DNA of 64,000 bases from an uncultured delta proteobacterium (GTDB lineage: Bacteria; Myxococcota_A; Polyangia; Polyangiales; Polyangiaceae), in the NCBI GenBank assembly GCA_963782055.1, contig CAWAIF010000003.1, positions 1,984,001 to 2,048,000 on the forward strand. Direction: 5' to 3'. The position numbers and the translations under genes are program-made. This document shows, one piece after another, positions 37,221 through 46,659 of the stretch. The first letter of the stretch is position 1, and every line of letters starts with the position of its first letter. The notes under the pieces were generated by a model. It saw only the letters and a program-made list of their open reading frames with translations. It did no database searches and had not been told where the DNA came from.

Positions 37221-37236
37221 AGCACCCCCCATGCCA
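37221..37236 (-). promoter_or_regulatory. sigma54 promoter
   Basis: TGGCATGGGGGGTGCT on the minus strand. Confidence 0.65.
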
Positions 37237-37267
37237 CCCCCCCCTCCCCCACCGACTCCCGCGGAAA

Positions 37268-37299
37268 CGTCGGAGTGCAAGGACCCTTGCACTTCGACG
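37268..37299. repeat. 15-bp inverted repeat
   Basis: CGTCGGAGTGCAAGG-AC-CCTTGCACTTCGACG with one mismatch. Confidence 0.8.
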
Positions 37300-37320
37300 G
37301 TTGGTGTCCAGGGACAGAAA

Positions 37321-37345
37321 GGGGGGACAGGGGGGACAGGGGGGA
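37321..37345 (+). repeat. Tandem GGGGGGACA repeat (~2.7 copies)
   Basis: Read directly from the sequence. Confidence 0.8.
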
Positions 37346-37409
37346 TTCGAGTGGCGGCGAAGGCAGACGGAGCCGATTGAGCGGCGCTTCAGGTCGAGGT
37401 CACATCCTC

Positions 37410-38513
37410 TCAGATTCCCTTCATCGTCTCGGCGATGAGCCAGTCGACGACGGCCTTCACGTCCTTCGTCTTCTCGAAGACCTCGATCTGCCGGTGGGCG
37501 CTCGTGCCCTGGCGCTGGATGTCGATCGCCTTGCGCACCTCCTCGGTCGTGCCGAGGGCGTCGGAGGCATCGCTCACGAAGTCCACCAGCTCCACGATGA
37601 GATCGCCGAAGGGGCGCTCCTCCTTGCGGCCGAAGTCGATGAGCTTGGCGTCGGTGCCGAAGCGCACCGCGCGCCACTTGTTCTCCTCCATCAGGCTGCG
37701 GCCGTAGGAGCGCCACTGCGTGTTGCTCCGGTACATCATGTACAGCTTTGCCATGAGCGCCTGGATGAGCGCCACCAGCGTGATGGTGTGGTCCATCTGC
37801 GTGGGCATGTCGCAGATGCGGATCTCCACGGTGTCGTACACGTGGTGCGCGCGCACGTCCCACCAGATCTTCTTGCCGTCGTCGATGCACCCCGTCTTGA
37901 TGAGGAGCTTCACGAAGTTCTGGAAGGTCTCGTAGCTCTCGAACTCGTCGGGGATGCCGGTGCGCGGGAAGCGCTTGAAGATCTGCGAGCGCATGCTCAT
38001 CAGCCCGCCGCGGCGCCCGAGCCAGAAGGGCGAGCTGGTGGAGAGCGCGAGCAGGTGCGGCAGGAAGTAGCGCACCTGGTTCTGCAGGGCGATCGCCACC
38101 TCCTTCTCCTTGATGCCGACGTGGACGTGCATGCCGAAGATGAGGTTGGCGCGCGCGACGTCCTGCAGGTCCTCGACGATGGTGTGGTAGCGCTGGTTGG
38201 GGCTGATGTCCTGCGTCTTCCAGTCGCTGAAGGGGTGGGTGGAGGCGGCGACGATGCGCAGGCCGCCCTTGCGCGCGAGCTTGTCCAGCTCCCCGCGCAT
38301 CTCGACCAGCTCGCTCCTCACCTCGCCGACGTTCTTGCAGACGCCGGTGCCCACCTCGACGACCGACTGGTGCATCTCCATGCGCACGCGCTCGCGCAGG
38401 AGCGACTTGCCGTCCTCCAGGAGGCGCGAGATGTAGCTCCGGAGCTCCCGCGTCTCCGGGTCGACGATCTGGTACTCCTCCTCGACGCCGAGGGTGAACT
38501 GGTCGTCCAGCAT
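37410..38513 (-). CDS. ybdK: Carboxylate-amine ligase, GCS2/YbdK family
   Basis: TLGVEEEYQIVD, FGMHVHVG, SSPFW, WWDVR, EIRICD. Confidence 0.92.
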   Translation of the reverse strand: MLDDQFTLGVEEEYQIVDPETRELRSYISRLLEDGKSLLRERVRMEMHQSVVEVGTGVCKNVGEVRSELVEMRGELDKLARKGGLRIVAASTHPFSDWKTQDISPNQRYHTIVEDLQDVARANLIFGMHVHVGIKEKEVAIALQNQVRYFLPHLLALSTSSPFWLGRRGGLMSMRSQIFKRFPRTGIPDEFESYETFQNFVKLLIKTGCIDDGKKIWWDVRAHHVYDTVEIRICDMPTQMDHTITLVALIQALMAKLYMMYRSNTQWRSYGRSLMEENKWRAVRFGTDAKLIDFGRKEERPFGDLIVELVDFVSDASDALGTTEEVRKAIDIQRQGTSAHRQIEVFEKTKDVKAVVDWLIAETMKGI

Positions 38514-38549
38514 GACCGGCGAGGATAACACGCCCGGCCCGCGCGCGTG

Positions 38550-39518
38550 TCAGGCGGCGGACCCCCCCGTGCGCCTGGGCCGGGCCGTCTCGCCCTGCTC
38601 CAGGTAGCGGCGGTATGCGTAGTCGCCGGAGTGGCCGCGGCCCTCGCGGGCGCAGGCGATGCAGAACTTCGCCATCTCGTCGACGACCATGTGAAAGTGC
38701 TTGGGGAGGATCGCGTTGACGTCGAAGTCCGGCGCGGGGTTGGTGAAGTCGATGGCGTACGGCACGCCGTCCTTGCAGGCGAACTCCACCGAGTTCATGT
38801 CGTAGCCGAGCGCGTGGTTGAGGGCGTAGGCGCCGTCCATCACCTTCTGCTCCAGCGCCTTGGGCATGAAGGGGCCGTCGTTCTCCAGGTAACAGCGCCG
38901 CCGCGGGTCGTACTGGATGGGGAGCACGAACTCCCGCCCCACGCACACGCACCGGATGTACTCGTCGAAGTCGATGAACTGCTGCAGGGTCATCACCAGC
39001 TCCCCCGTCTGGTCGTAGGTGCGGAGCAGCTCGTCCATGTCGTTGACGCGGAAGACGTTCTTCCACCCGCCGCCGTCCGCCGGCTTGAGGATGGCGGGGA
39101 AGCCGACGTAGTCGGCGATGGCGTGCCAGTCGAGCGGGTACTCCAGGTTGCGCAGCGAGCGCGAGGGGTCGATGCCCGGGATGTACTGCTTCTGCGGGAG
39201 CATCACGGTGCGCGGCACCGCGACGCCGATCTTCGACGCCAGCGAGTAGCCGAACATCTTGTCGTCGGAGCTCCACCAGAAGGGGTCGTTGATGACGTAC
39301 GTCCCCGCGAGCGCCGCGTTCTTCAGGAAGAATCGGTAGAAGGGCACCTCGTGGCTGAGGCGGTCGACGATGACCGCGTGGGTGCGCTCGTAGTGCTCGG
39401 TGATGCCCCCCACCTTGATGAGCTCCGCCTGGAAGCCCGGGGTCTCGCTCACCTTCGCGATGAAGGCCGGCGGGAAGGTGTTCTCCATGCCGACGATGAG
39501 GCCGATCCGCTCCGTCAT
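38550..39518 (-). CDS. ATP-grasp ligase (paralogue of 34254-35216)
   Basis: NDPFW..DDK, KPADGGGW, IDFTNPAPD. Confidence 0.9.
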   Translation of the reverse strand: MTERIGLIVGMENTFPPAFIAKVSETPGFQAELIKVGGITEHYERTHAVIVDRLSHEVPFYRFFLKNAALAGTYVINDPFWWSSDDKMFGYSLASKIGVAVPRTVMLPQKQYIPGIDPSRSLRNLEYPLDWHAIADYVGFPAILKPADGGGWKNVFRVNDMDELLRTYDQTGELVMTLQQFIDFDEYIRCVCVGREFVLPIQYDPRRRCYLENDGPFMPKALEQKVMDGAYALNHALGYDMNSVEFACKDGVPYAIDFTNPAPDFDVNAILPKHFHMVVDEMAKFCIACAREGRGHSGDYAYRRYLEQGETARPRRTGGSAA

Positions 39519-39544
39519 GCGCCCGAAGCTAGCAGAAGGGGAGC

Positions 39545-40450
39545 TCAGACGGCGACGTCGAACTCGGCCATGTTCTGACGGGGCTCTTCCAGGGGACGCC
39601 AGTCGCGGGAGCGGGCGAGCTCGTTGAAGCGGTAGGTCATCCAGCCGGGGATGAGCAGGGCGAAGGTCTTAGCAAGCCGCTCGGGGTTGCCGAGGCTCTT
39701 GACCATGCGCTCGTAGAGCGTCTTGCCGTACGCGTCCTCCACGGCGGCCTTGTGCTCCGGCTTCTCGATCCAGGCCATGACGCCCGGCTTGTCCGCCTCG
39801 GGGTGGAACTGGGTGCCGGACACCCCGTCGGCGAAGTGCAGGCCGAGGAGGGCGTCGCCCTTGTACGCGCCGCCCTCCGCCGTCTCCTTGGCGAGCAGCT
39901 TGCCGCCCAGCTCGGCGAGCCGCTTCTCTTCGAGGCCGACGGCCTCCCAGTTGCGGTGCTCCCAGCAGAAGAGGCGGTAGCCGAAGGGGCGCAGGAAGTC
40001 GGCGCCCTCGCCCTCGCGCGTCATGTACGCGGGCATCAGCCCGAACTTGAGGGACTCCCGCGGCTCCATGCGCGCCACGCCGAAGTGCAGCACCAAGAGC
40101 TGGAAGGAGTGGCACACCGCCATCACCTTCGGCGAGTCGTGGGGAGCCTTCAGGTTGCGCTCCACGACCCGGTCCAGAAACTTCCGGTACCCGGTGCACC
40201 ACGCGTCCTCGTAGCCGTCGAAGGGCGAGCCGGGGCCGCCGGAGGACAGGACCATGTCCACCTCGTCGTCGGGCAGCTCGCCCAGGTTGCGCGGCTGGAC
40301 GTGCCGGAACGTCACCTCCATGCCCGGGTTGCGCTCCTTCGCCCGGTGGGAGAAGGAGTCGACGAGGCGCCGGAAGCAGCGTGTCGCCTGGTTGGCGACG
40401 CCGTTGTTCATGTCGACGAGGCAGATGCGCAGCCGCTGCGTGGAGGGCAT
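39545..40450 (-). CDS. Class I glutamine amidotransferase-like protein
   Basis: SGGPGSP, AVCHSFQ, QFHPE. Confidence 0.88.
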   Translation of the reverse strand: MPSTQRLRICLVDMNNGVANQATRCFRRLVDSFSHRAKERNPGMEVTFRHVQPRNLGELPDDEVDMVLSSGGPGSPFDGYEDAWCTGYRKFLDRVVERNLKAPHDSPKVMAVCHSFQLLVLHFGVARMEPRESLKFGLMPAYMTREGEGADFLRPFGYRLFCWEHRNWEAVGLEEKRLAELGGKLLAKETAEGGAYKGDALLGLHFADGVSGTQFHPEADKPGVMAWIEKPEHKAAVEDAYGKTLYERMVKSLGNPERLAKTFALLIPGWMTYRFNELARSRDWRPLEEPRQNMAEFDVAV

Positions 40451-40509
40451 ACTTTCCGAAACGCTAGCAAATGCCGCGCTTTTTCGCTAGCAGCATTGCT
40501 CGACACCCC

Positions 40510-41712
40510 GTGACGACCCACAAGGCCCGCAAGTCCGCCCCCCCGCAGCCTGGCCACGCACCCTCCGGCCTCCGGCCGGACCTCACCGCGCGCGGGGGCA
40601 AGGAGCGTGATCCCCTCCCCATCGCCGACCGCCTCCGCGCCGACGGCAACTACACCGGGCGGGGCGTCGTCGCGGCGTTCATCGACTCGGGCTTCTACGC
40701 CCACGCGGATCTCGTCACGCCCTTCTCGCGCATCCACGCCTACCAGGACGTCATCCACGAGACCGGGGGCCTGGAGGTCCTCAAGCACGCCGACGTCTCG
40801 TCCTGGCACGGGATGATGTCCACCGTCGTCGCCGCGGGCAACGGCGCGCTCTCCGGCGGGCGCTTCAAGTCGCTTGCGCCCGAGCTGGGGCTCGTGCTGG
40901 TCAAGGCGGGCACGCTCTCGCGCGTGCACCACGACGACATCGCCCGGGCGATCGAGTGGGTGCTCGTCAACCGGGCGCGCTTCGACGTGCGCATCCTCAA
41001 CATCTCGTGCGGCGGCGACTACGAGGCGAGCTACCTCACCGACGTGATGAGCCGCTTCGCCGAGGCCTGCGTCCGCGCCGGGATCGTGGTGGTCGCCGCC
41101 GTCGGCAACTCCGGCCACCGCCCCGGCTACGTGGTGCCGCCGGCGAGCGTGCCGTGCGTCATCAGCGTCGGGGGCCTGGACGACGAGGGCAACCCGTACC
41201 TCGGCCGCATCAACCCGTACCGGTCGTCCTACGGGCCCACCATCGACGGCGTGCAGAAGCCGGAGATCATCACCCTGGCCGACTGGATCCCCGCGCCCAT
41301 CCTCCCGGAGACGCCCACCCACAAGCAGGTCTCCCTCCTGGCAAAGCTGGACAAGACCCCCGACGAGCGCCTGCGGGAGGTCATCGAGGCCCACCCGGGC
41401 GTCTTCGCCCCGCTCGACGAGGCGAAGGAGCAGCCGGCGTACCTCATCCGTCAGATCCTGGCCGCCGCGCTCCACGACGAGAAGGTCATCGACGAGCACT
41501 ACAAGATGGTGGACGGCACCAGCTTCGCCGCCCCGATCGTCACCAGCGTGGTGGCGCAGATGCTCCAGGCCAACCCGGCCCTCACCCCCTCGCAGGTCAA
41601 GCGTATCCTGATCCAGACTGCCCGGCGCGTGCCCAACATCGACGTGGACCGTCAGGGCTGGGGAGAGGTGCAGCCCGGCGCGGCCGTGGAGCGCGCCATC
41701 GCCACGCGGTGA
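40510..41712 (+). CDS. Cytoplasmic subtilisin-like S8 peptidase
   Basis: IDSG, HG, GNSG, GTSFAAP; no signal peptide. Confidence 0.9.
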   Translation: MTTHKARKSAPPQPGHAPSGLRPDLTARGGKERDPLPIADRLRADGNYTGRGVVAAFIDSGFYAHADLVTPFSRIHAYQDVIHETGGLEVLKHADVSSWHGMMSTVVAAGNGALSGGRFKSLAPELGLVLVKAGTLSRVHHDDIARAIEWVLVNRARFDVRILNISCGGDYEASYLTDVMSRFAEACVRAGIVVVAAVGNSGHRPGYVVPPASVPCVISVGGLDDEGNPYLGRINPYRSSYGPTIDGVQKPEIITLADWIPAPILPETPTHKQVSLLAKLDKTPDERLREVIEAHPGVFAPLDEAKEQPAYLIRQILAAALHDEKVIDEHYKMVDGTSFAAPIVTSVVAQMLQANPALTPSQVKRILIQTARRVPNIDVDRQGWGEVQPGAAVERAIATR

Positions 41713-41738
41713 TCCGCCTGGTATCCTGACGCGGCGTC

Positions 41739-43349
41739 ATGCCGATCGACACGGAGGACGAGGCCACCCAGGCCGCCCAGAAGCGCGTCGGCGACGTGCT
41801 CGGCGGCAAGTGGCGTCTGGACAGGCTGCTGGGTCTCGGCGGGATGGCGGCGGTGTACGCGGCCGAGCACACCAACAACGGCAAGACCGTCGCGGTCAAG
41901 GTGCTCCACCCCGAGCTCGTCCGGCAGGAGTCCATCAAGACGCGCTTCTTGCGGGAGGGGTACATCGCCAACAAGGTGGGCCACCCCGGCGCCGTGAGCG
42001 TGCTGGACGACGGCACCGATCCGGACGGCAGCGTCTACCTGGTGATGGAGCTGCTGGAGGGAGAGTCGCTCGCGTATCGCTCCTACGAGGCCAACGACAA
42101 GCTGCCTCCGAAGCAGATCATGCGCATCGCCCAGGGCATCCTGGACGTGCTCGTCGCGGCGCACGCGCAGGCGATCGTCCACCGCGACCTGAAGGCGGAC
42201 AACGTCTTCTTGACCAACGACGGCACGGTGAAGGTGCTGGACTTCGGCGTGGCGCGCATGACCGATCAGACCGGCGACGCCAAGACGCGCACCGGGCTGG
42301 TGATGGGCACGCCGGAGTACATGCCGCCGGAGCAGGCGCGCGGCCGCTCCGAGCTCATCGACGGGCGCACCGACCTCTGGGCCGTCGGCGCGATGATGTT
42401 CAAGCTCTTCACCGGCCGCTACGTGCACGAGGCGGAGACCCCCAACGAGGTGCTCCTGCTGGCGATGACCGAGCCGGCGAAGAAGCTGGCGGAGGTCTTG
42501 CCCGGAGTCCACCCGAAGGTCGCGGAGGTGGTGGACAGGGCGCTGGCCTTCGAGCGCGACGAGCGCTTCCCCGACGCCGCGGCGATGCGGGTGGCGGTGG
42601 ACGAGGCGAGCACGGCGCTCGAAGAGAGCGACGTGGCCACGACGGTCGCCGGCGACATCGCCGCGCAGGCGGTGGTCCACGCGATGGACGAGACGGTGCC
42701 CGCGCCCCCGCCCGAGCACCTGGAGGAGGCCGCCGCCGCGCTGCGCGCGGAGCGCGCCTCGGGGACGAAGGAGGCGCCGGTGGCGGAGGCGGCCGTCGCG
42801 GCGGCGGTGCCCGCGGTGGTGGTGGCGGACGCGCCCCCCGCGGTGGTGGCCGAGGCGGCGTCGCAGGACGGGAGCTTCGCGGCGGCCGAGACGCCGGGGC
42901 CGCTGGCCGTCGACGCACGCGCCGAGTCTCCCACCGGCGGACCGGTCTCCAAGCCGAACCTCTGGGTGCACACGCAGGCGACGCCGCCGTCACCGCCCCG
43001 CGCCCCGCGCCGCAAGCGCTCGCTCGTGCCGCTCATCGGGCTGCTGGTGCTCGCGGGGGGCGGCGCCGCGGTGGCCGCGTTTGCCCTGCCGCGCGTGCGC
43101 GGCGACGCCGACCCGCTCGCGGCGTCCAGCGAGGCCTCGGGCGAGGGCACCACGACGCTCGCCACCGACATGACGGGCGCCGACGCCGGGGAGAGCGACG
43201 ACGCCGCGTCGGAGGCCGGCGCGGAGGCGGTGCACCCGGCGCCCACGGCGCCCCACGTCACGCACGCGCCGGTGGCGACCGCCCACCACACGATCACGCC
43301 GCCCCACAAGAAGGTCACCAAGCACAAGGTGACCAAGAAGCACCGCTGA
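41739..43349 (+). CDS. Membrane Ser/Thr protein kinase
   Basis: GLGGMA, VAVK, HRDLK, DFG, GTPEYMPPEQ; one TM segment. Confidence 0.95.
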   Translation: MPIDTEDEATQAAQKRVGDVLGGKWRLDRLLGLGGMAAVYAAEHTNNGKTVAVKVLHPELVRQESIKTRFLREGYIANKVGHPGAVSVLDDGTDPDGSVYLVMELLEGESLAYRSYEANDKLPPKQIMRIAQGILDVLVAAHAQAIVHRDLKADNVFLTNDGTVKVLDFGVARMTDQTGDAKTRTGLVMGTPEYMPPEQARGRSELIDGRTDLWAVGAMMFKLFTGRYVHEAETPNEVLLLAMTEPAKKLAEVLPGVHPKVAEVVDRALAFERDERFPDAAAMRVAVDEASTALEESDVATTVAGDIAAQAVVHAMDETVPAPPPEHLEEAAAALRAERASGTKEAPVAEAAVAAAVPAVVVADAPPAVVAEAASQDGSFAAAETPGPLAVDARAESPTGGPVSKPNLWVHTQATPPSPPRAPRRKRSLVPLIGLLVLAGGGAAVAAFALPRVRGDADPLAASSEASGEGTTTLATDMTGADAGESDDAASEAGAEAVHPAPTAPHVTHAPVATAHHTITPPHKKVTKHKVTKKHR

Positions 43350-43355
43350 TCGCGG

Positions 43356-45173
43356 CTAGTCGCCCGCGCCCGCGTCCGCGGGCGGCTCGTTCGCGGAGCG
43401 GAGCTCGCCCGCCACGCACCCAGGCCCCTCGCCGAAGAGGGAGAGCTGGGTGTCGGGCGCGCGCGCCTTCTTCTGCGTGCGACGCGGCGGCACGACCGGC
43501 TCCTCGCGGTGGCCGGAGCTCACCTGCGCGGCGAAGAGATCGCGCACGGTCTGGAGCGTGTCGGCCTGCGCCGGTGTCTTGTCGTCGCGCACCCGCGCGA
43601 TGCGCGGGAAGCGGAGCGCGAAGCCGCTCGGGTGGCGGGAGGAGCGCTGGATGCCGTCGAACGCGATCTCCAGCACCACACGCGGCTCCACCACCCGCAC
43701 CCGCCCGCGGTCCTGCAGCGTCGTCTCCACGAAGACCTGCCCGAGCGCGTCGATCTCCGCGTCGGTCAGGCCGCTGTACGCCTTGCCTACCGTCACCAGC
43801 GCGCCGTCGTCCCACACCGCGAAGGTGTAATCGCTCAGCTTGCCCGCGCGCTTGCCGTGCCCCTCCTCGACGGCGACGACGACCACGTCCAGCGTGGCGA
43901 GCGCCCGCTTGACCTTGATCCACGCGTGCCCGCGTCGCCCCGGCTCGTAGGGCGCGTCCCTGCGCTTGAGGACCAGCCCCTCGTTGGCGCGCGCGCGGGC
44001 GCTCGCGAACGCCGCGTCGAGCGCGGCCTCGTCCTCGACGGCGTAGACGGCGTTGAGCCGGAAGGCACCGGCGTCCGGGTGGCGCGCGGCGAGACGCTCC
44101 AGCGCGGCGCGTCGCTCGGCGAGCGGTCGATCGATCAGCGCCTCGCCGCCGAGAGCGAGCAGGTCGAAGGCGACGAACACGATCGGCACCTCGGCGAGCA
44201 GCGTATGCGCCGGGTCCTTGCGTCCGAGGCGCGCCTGCAGCGCCTGGAAGGGGCGCGGCCTGCCGTCCTCTCCCGCCGCGACGATCTCGCCGTCCATGAC
44301 GGCGTCCTCGCTCCACGCGCCGAGCGCACGCGCCACCTCCGGGAAGGTCTGCGTCACGTTCCCTTGCCCGCGGGCGAAGACGGCGACGTGCCCGCCGCTG
44401 ACGTGGACCTGCGCGCGCACGCCGTCCAGCTTGTCCTCGACGACCACCGCGCCGAGATCGACGGCCTCGCGCACCGCCTCGCGCGGCGTGGCGAGCATGA
44501 AGGCGAGCGGCCGCAGCGGCACAAGCCGCGCCTCGCCCAGGCGTCCGCCGCTCGCGAGCACGGCGAGCTCGGCCAGGTCCGGGAGGAGGCCCGACGCGCG
44601 CCGTGCCTCCTCCGGCGACGCGCCGAAGGCCCTGGCGATCGCCTCGCGGATGACGCCGGGCGCGGCGCCGGTGCGCATCTCCCCGAGCAGGGCCTTGGCG
44701 AGGTACTTCGCCTGCAGCGGGGTCGCGCGGCGCAGCACGCCGGCGAGCAGGTCGGCCTTCACCGCGCGCGCGGCGCCGGAGCCCAGCGCCCGCGCCAGCT
44801 CGGCGACGTCGTCGAGGCTCACGCCCGGGCGATCGCGCGCCCGCGCGATCGTCACGTCGAAGACGGCGTCCCCCAGATCCCCGCGTCGGCGCGCCGCCTC
44901 GAAGAGCTCGGCGTCGGTCGCGCCCGTCACCGCCGACACCACCCCCGCGAGCATGCGCCAGCCGACGCCGGTCGCCGCGCGGGCGCCGCCGCCGAGCTCG
45001 CCCGCCGCCACGCGGACGGCGGTCCTCAGCGCCTCGTCGCCCTCGCGCGCCGCCACGCGCAGCGCTCCGGCGATCGCCTCCACCTTCGCCAGGCGCGAGC
45101 GTGTCGCAGCGGCCGTCTGCAGCGCCTGAGCCAGCGCGCCCATCGCGCCGTCGGGCGCCTCGTCTGTAGGCAT
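43356..45173 (-). CDS. ATP-dependent DNA ligase (LigB-like)
   Basis: EDKLDGVR, DGE, FDLL, EGLVLK, WIKVK, LRFPRIARVRDDK. Confidence 0.93.
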   Translation of the reverse strand: MPTDEAPDGAMGALAQALQTAAATRSRLAKVEAIAGALRVAAREGDEALRTAVRVAAGELGGGARAATGVGWRMLAGVVSAVTGATDAELFEAARRRGDLGDAVFDVTIARARDRPGVSLDDVAELARALGSGAARAVKADLLAGVLRRATPLQAKYLAKALLGEMRTGAAPGVIREAIARAFGASPEEARRASGLLPDLAELAVLASGGRLGEARLVPLRPLAFMLATPREAVREAVDLGAVVVEDKLDGVRAQVHVSGGHVAVFARGQGNVTQTFPEVARALGAWSEDAVMDGEIVAAGEDGRPRPFQALQARLGRKDPAHTLLAEVPIVFVAFDLLALGGEALIDRPLAERRAALERLAARHPDAGAFRLNAVYAVEDEAALDAAFASARARANEGLVLKRRDAPYEPGRRGHAWIKVKRALATLDVVVVAVEEGHGKRAGKLSDYTFAVWDDGALVTVGKAYSGLTDAEIDALGQVFVETTLQDRGRVRVVEPRVVLEIAFDGIQRSSRHPSGFALRFPRIARVRDDKTPAQADTLQTVRDLFAAQVSSGHREEPVVPPRRTQKKARAPDTQLSLFGEGPGCVAGELRSANEPPADAGAGD

Positions 45174-45207
45174 GTGCCGATTCTACTTTTGCACTATGCT
45201 GGGCGCG

Positions 45208-46044
45208 ATGCGATCGAACCTGCCCTTTTCTCTCGTCCTTGCGGCCGTTGCCGTTGTCCCCCTCGTCGTCATCGCGTGCGGTGGGAGCGACAATCCCCCG
45301 CCGCAGACCGCCAACAACGCCGCGCAGCCGCAGGGCTACCCGCCCCCGCAGCAAGGGTATCCGCCGCAGCAGGGCTACCCGCAGCAGGGCTACCCGCAGC
45401 AGCAGGGCTACCCTCCGCAGCAGCAGGGCTACCCCCCGCAGCAGGGCTACCCGCCGCCGCAGGGCACCGCGCCGCCGGCGTACACCGCGCCGCCGCAGGG
45501 CACGGCGCCGCCGGCGTACACCGCGCCGCCGCCGCAGGGCACCGCGCCGCCGCCTGCGGGCACAGGCACCTTCGCCATTCCCTCCACGCTCCCGACGTTC
45601 GGGGCGCCGCCGCAGGGCAACGCGCCGGCGGGCGCGCCCGCGCAGGCGATCAACCCGATGCTGGCCAGCGCCGCCACCATGCCTCTCGGCGCCTTCGCGG
45701 CGACCGAGGCGCCCGGCATGGCACGGGAGGGCAACATCAACGCGGCCAACTTCCAGCAAGGCCAGATCCAGGAGGTGCCGGTCACCCTCCAGCCGGGCAA
45801 GTGCTACACGGTGCTCGCCGTCGGGATCGGCATCCAGAACGTGGACATCGCCCTCATCGCCACCACGCCCATCCCCAACGTCAACCCGGTGCTCGCGCAG
45901 GACAACGGCACCGGCTCGCAGGCGTCGCTGGGCGGCAAGGGAAACTGCTACCGGCTGCCGGTGCCCATCACGGTGCAGGCGAAGTATGTCGTCCGGGCGA
46001 CCGCCGGGGCGGGGCTGGCGGCGAGCGCGCTCTTCGTGAAGTGA
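45208..46044 (+). CDS. Lipoprotein with (P)PQQGY repeats
   Basis: Lipobox VIAC; coding repeats ~45330-45555. Confidence 0.85.
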   Translation: MRSNLPFSLVLAAVAVVPLVVIACGGSDNPPPQTANNAAQPQGYPPPQQGYPPQQGYPQQGYPQQQGYPPQQQGYPPQQGYPPPQGTAPPAYTAPPQGTAPPAYTAPPPQGTAPPPAGTGTFAIPSTLPTFGAPPQGNAPAGAPAQAINPMLASAATMPLGAFAATEAPGMAREGNINAANFQQGQIQEVPVTLQPGKCYTVLAVGIGIQNVDIALIATTPIPNVNPVLAQDNGTGSQASLGGKGNCYRLPVPITVQAKYVVRATAGAGLAASALFVK

Positions 46045-46203
46045 AGTAGAGGGGGTCCCTCCGGGCGCCATGCTCGGGCACAGGCTGGTGGGCGCTCGCC
46101 CACCTGTCCCGGGGACACCCCCGATCTGTCTGGGGACACCCTCGCCAGCCGCGTGCCTCTCACCGCGCCCCTGTTTCTTGCCGGTTGCGCGAGGCGGGCG
46201 GGG

Positions 46204-46219
46204 TGGCACGCCGGGTGCT
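46204..46219 (+). promoter_or_regulatory. sigma54 promoter
   Basis: TGGCACGCCGGGTGCT. Confidence 0.7.
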
Positions 46220-46231
46220 CAGGAGGGGTGC

Positions 46232-46585
46232 ATGAGCACACTCACCTTTCTCGAGACCCGGCGCGCGTATCACGCCACCCTGCGCGCGACGCGCCGCCTC
46301 TTCGTTCCCGTCGGGCTCACCCCCGCACGCTTCGAGCTGCTCCACGTGCTGTTTCGCGTGCCGCACCAGCTCTGCCACCAGAGCGAGCTGCGCCGGGCGC
46401 TCGGCGTGGCGCGCTCCACCATCAGCACCATGGTGCGCTCGCTGCAGGCCATCGGCCTCGTCGAGCGGCTGCCACCCCTCGACGACAAGCGGCAGGTCGA
46501 CGTGCGCCTCACCGCCGCAGGCCGCCGCAGCGTATCGCGAGCGCTCCGCACCCTGGTACGCGCCAGCGCGCCGATCTCACCTTGA
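46232..46585 (+). CDS. MarR-like winged-helix protein (paralogue of 36612-37208)
   Basis: GLTPARFELL, QSELRRALGVARSTISTM, DKR, LTAAGR. Confidence 0.82.
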   Translation: MSTLTFLETRRAYHATLRATRRLFVPVGLTPARFELLHVLFRVPHQLCHQSELRRALGVARSTISTMVRSLQAIGLVERLPPLDDKRQVDVRLTAAGRRSVSRALRTLVRASAPISP

Positions 46586-46659
46586 GCTCCCCCTCTCCAC
46601 TTCGTGGAGAAGGGAGGCTGGAGCGGCGTGACGGCGATGGGGGCGGCCGGGGCTGAGGC

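Noticed and set aside
45330..45555. CRISPR-like or non-coding tandem repeat
   Set aside because: In-frame PQQGY/TAPP coding repeats with no unique spacers and no cas genes
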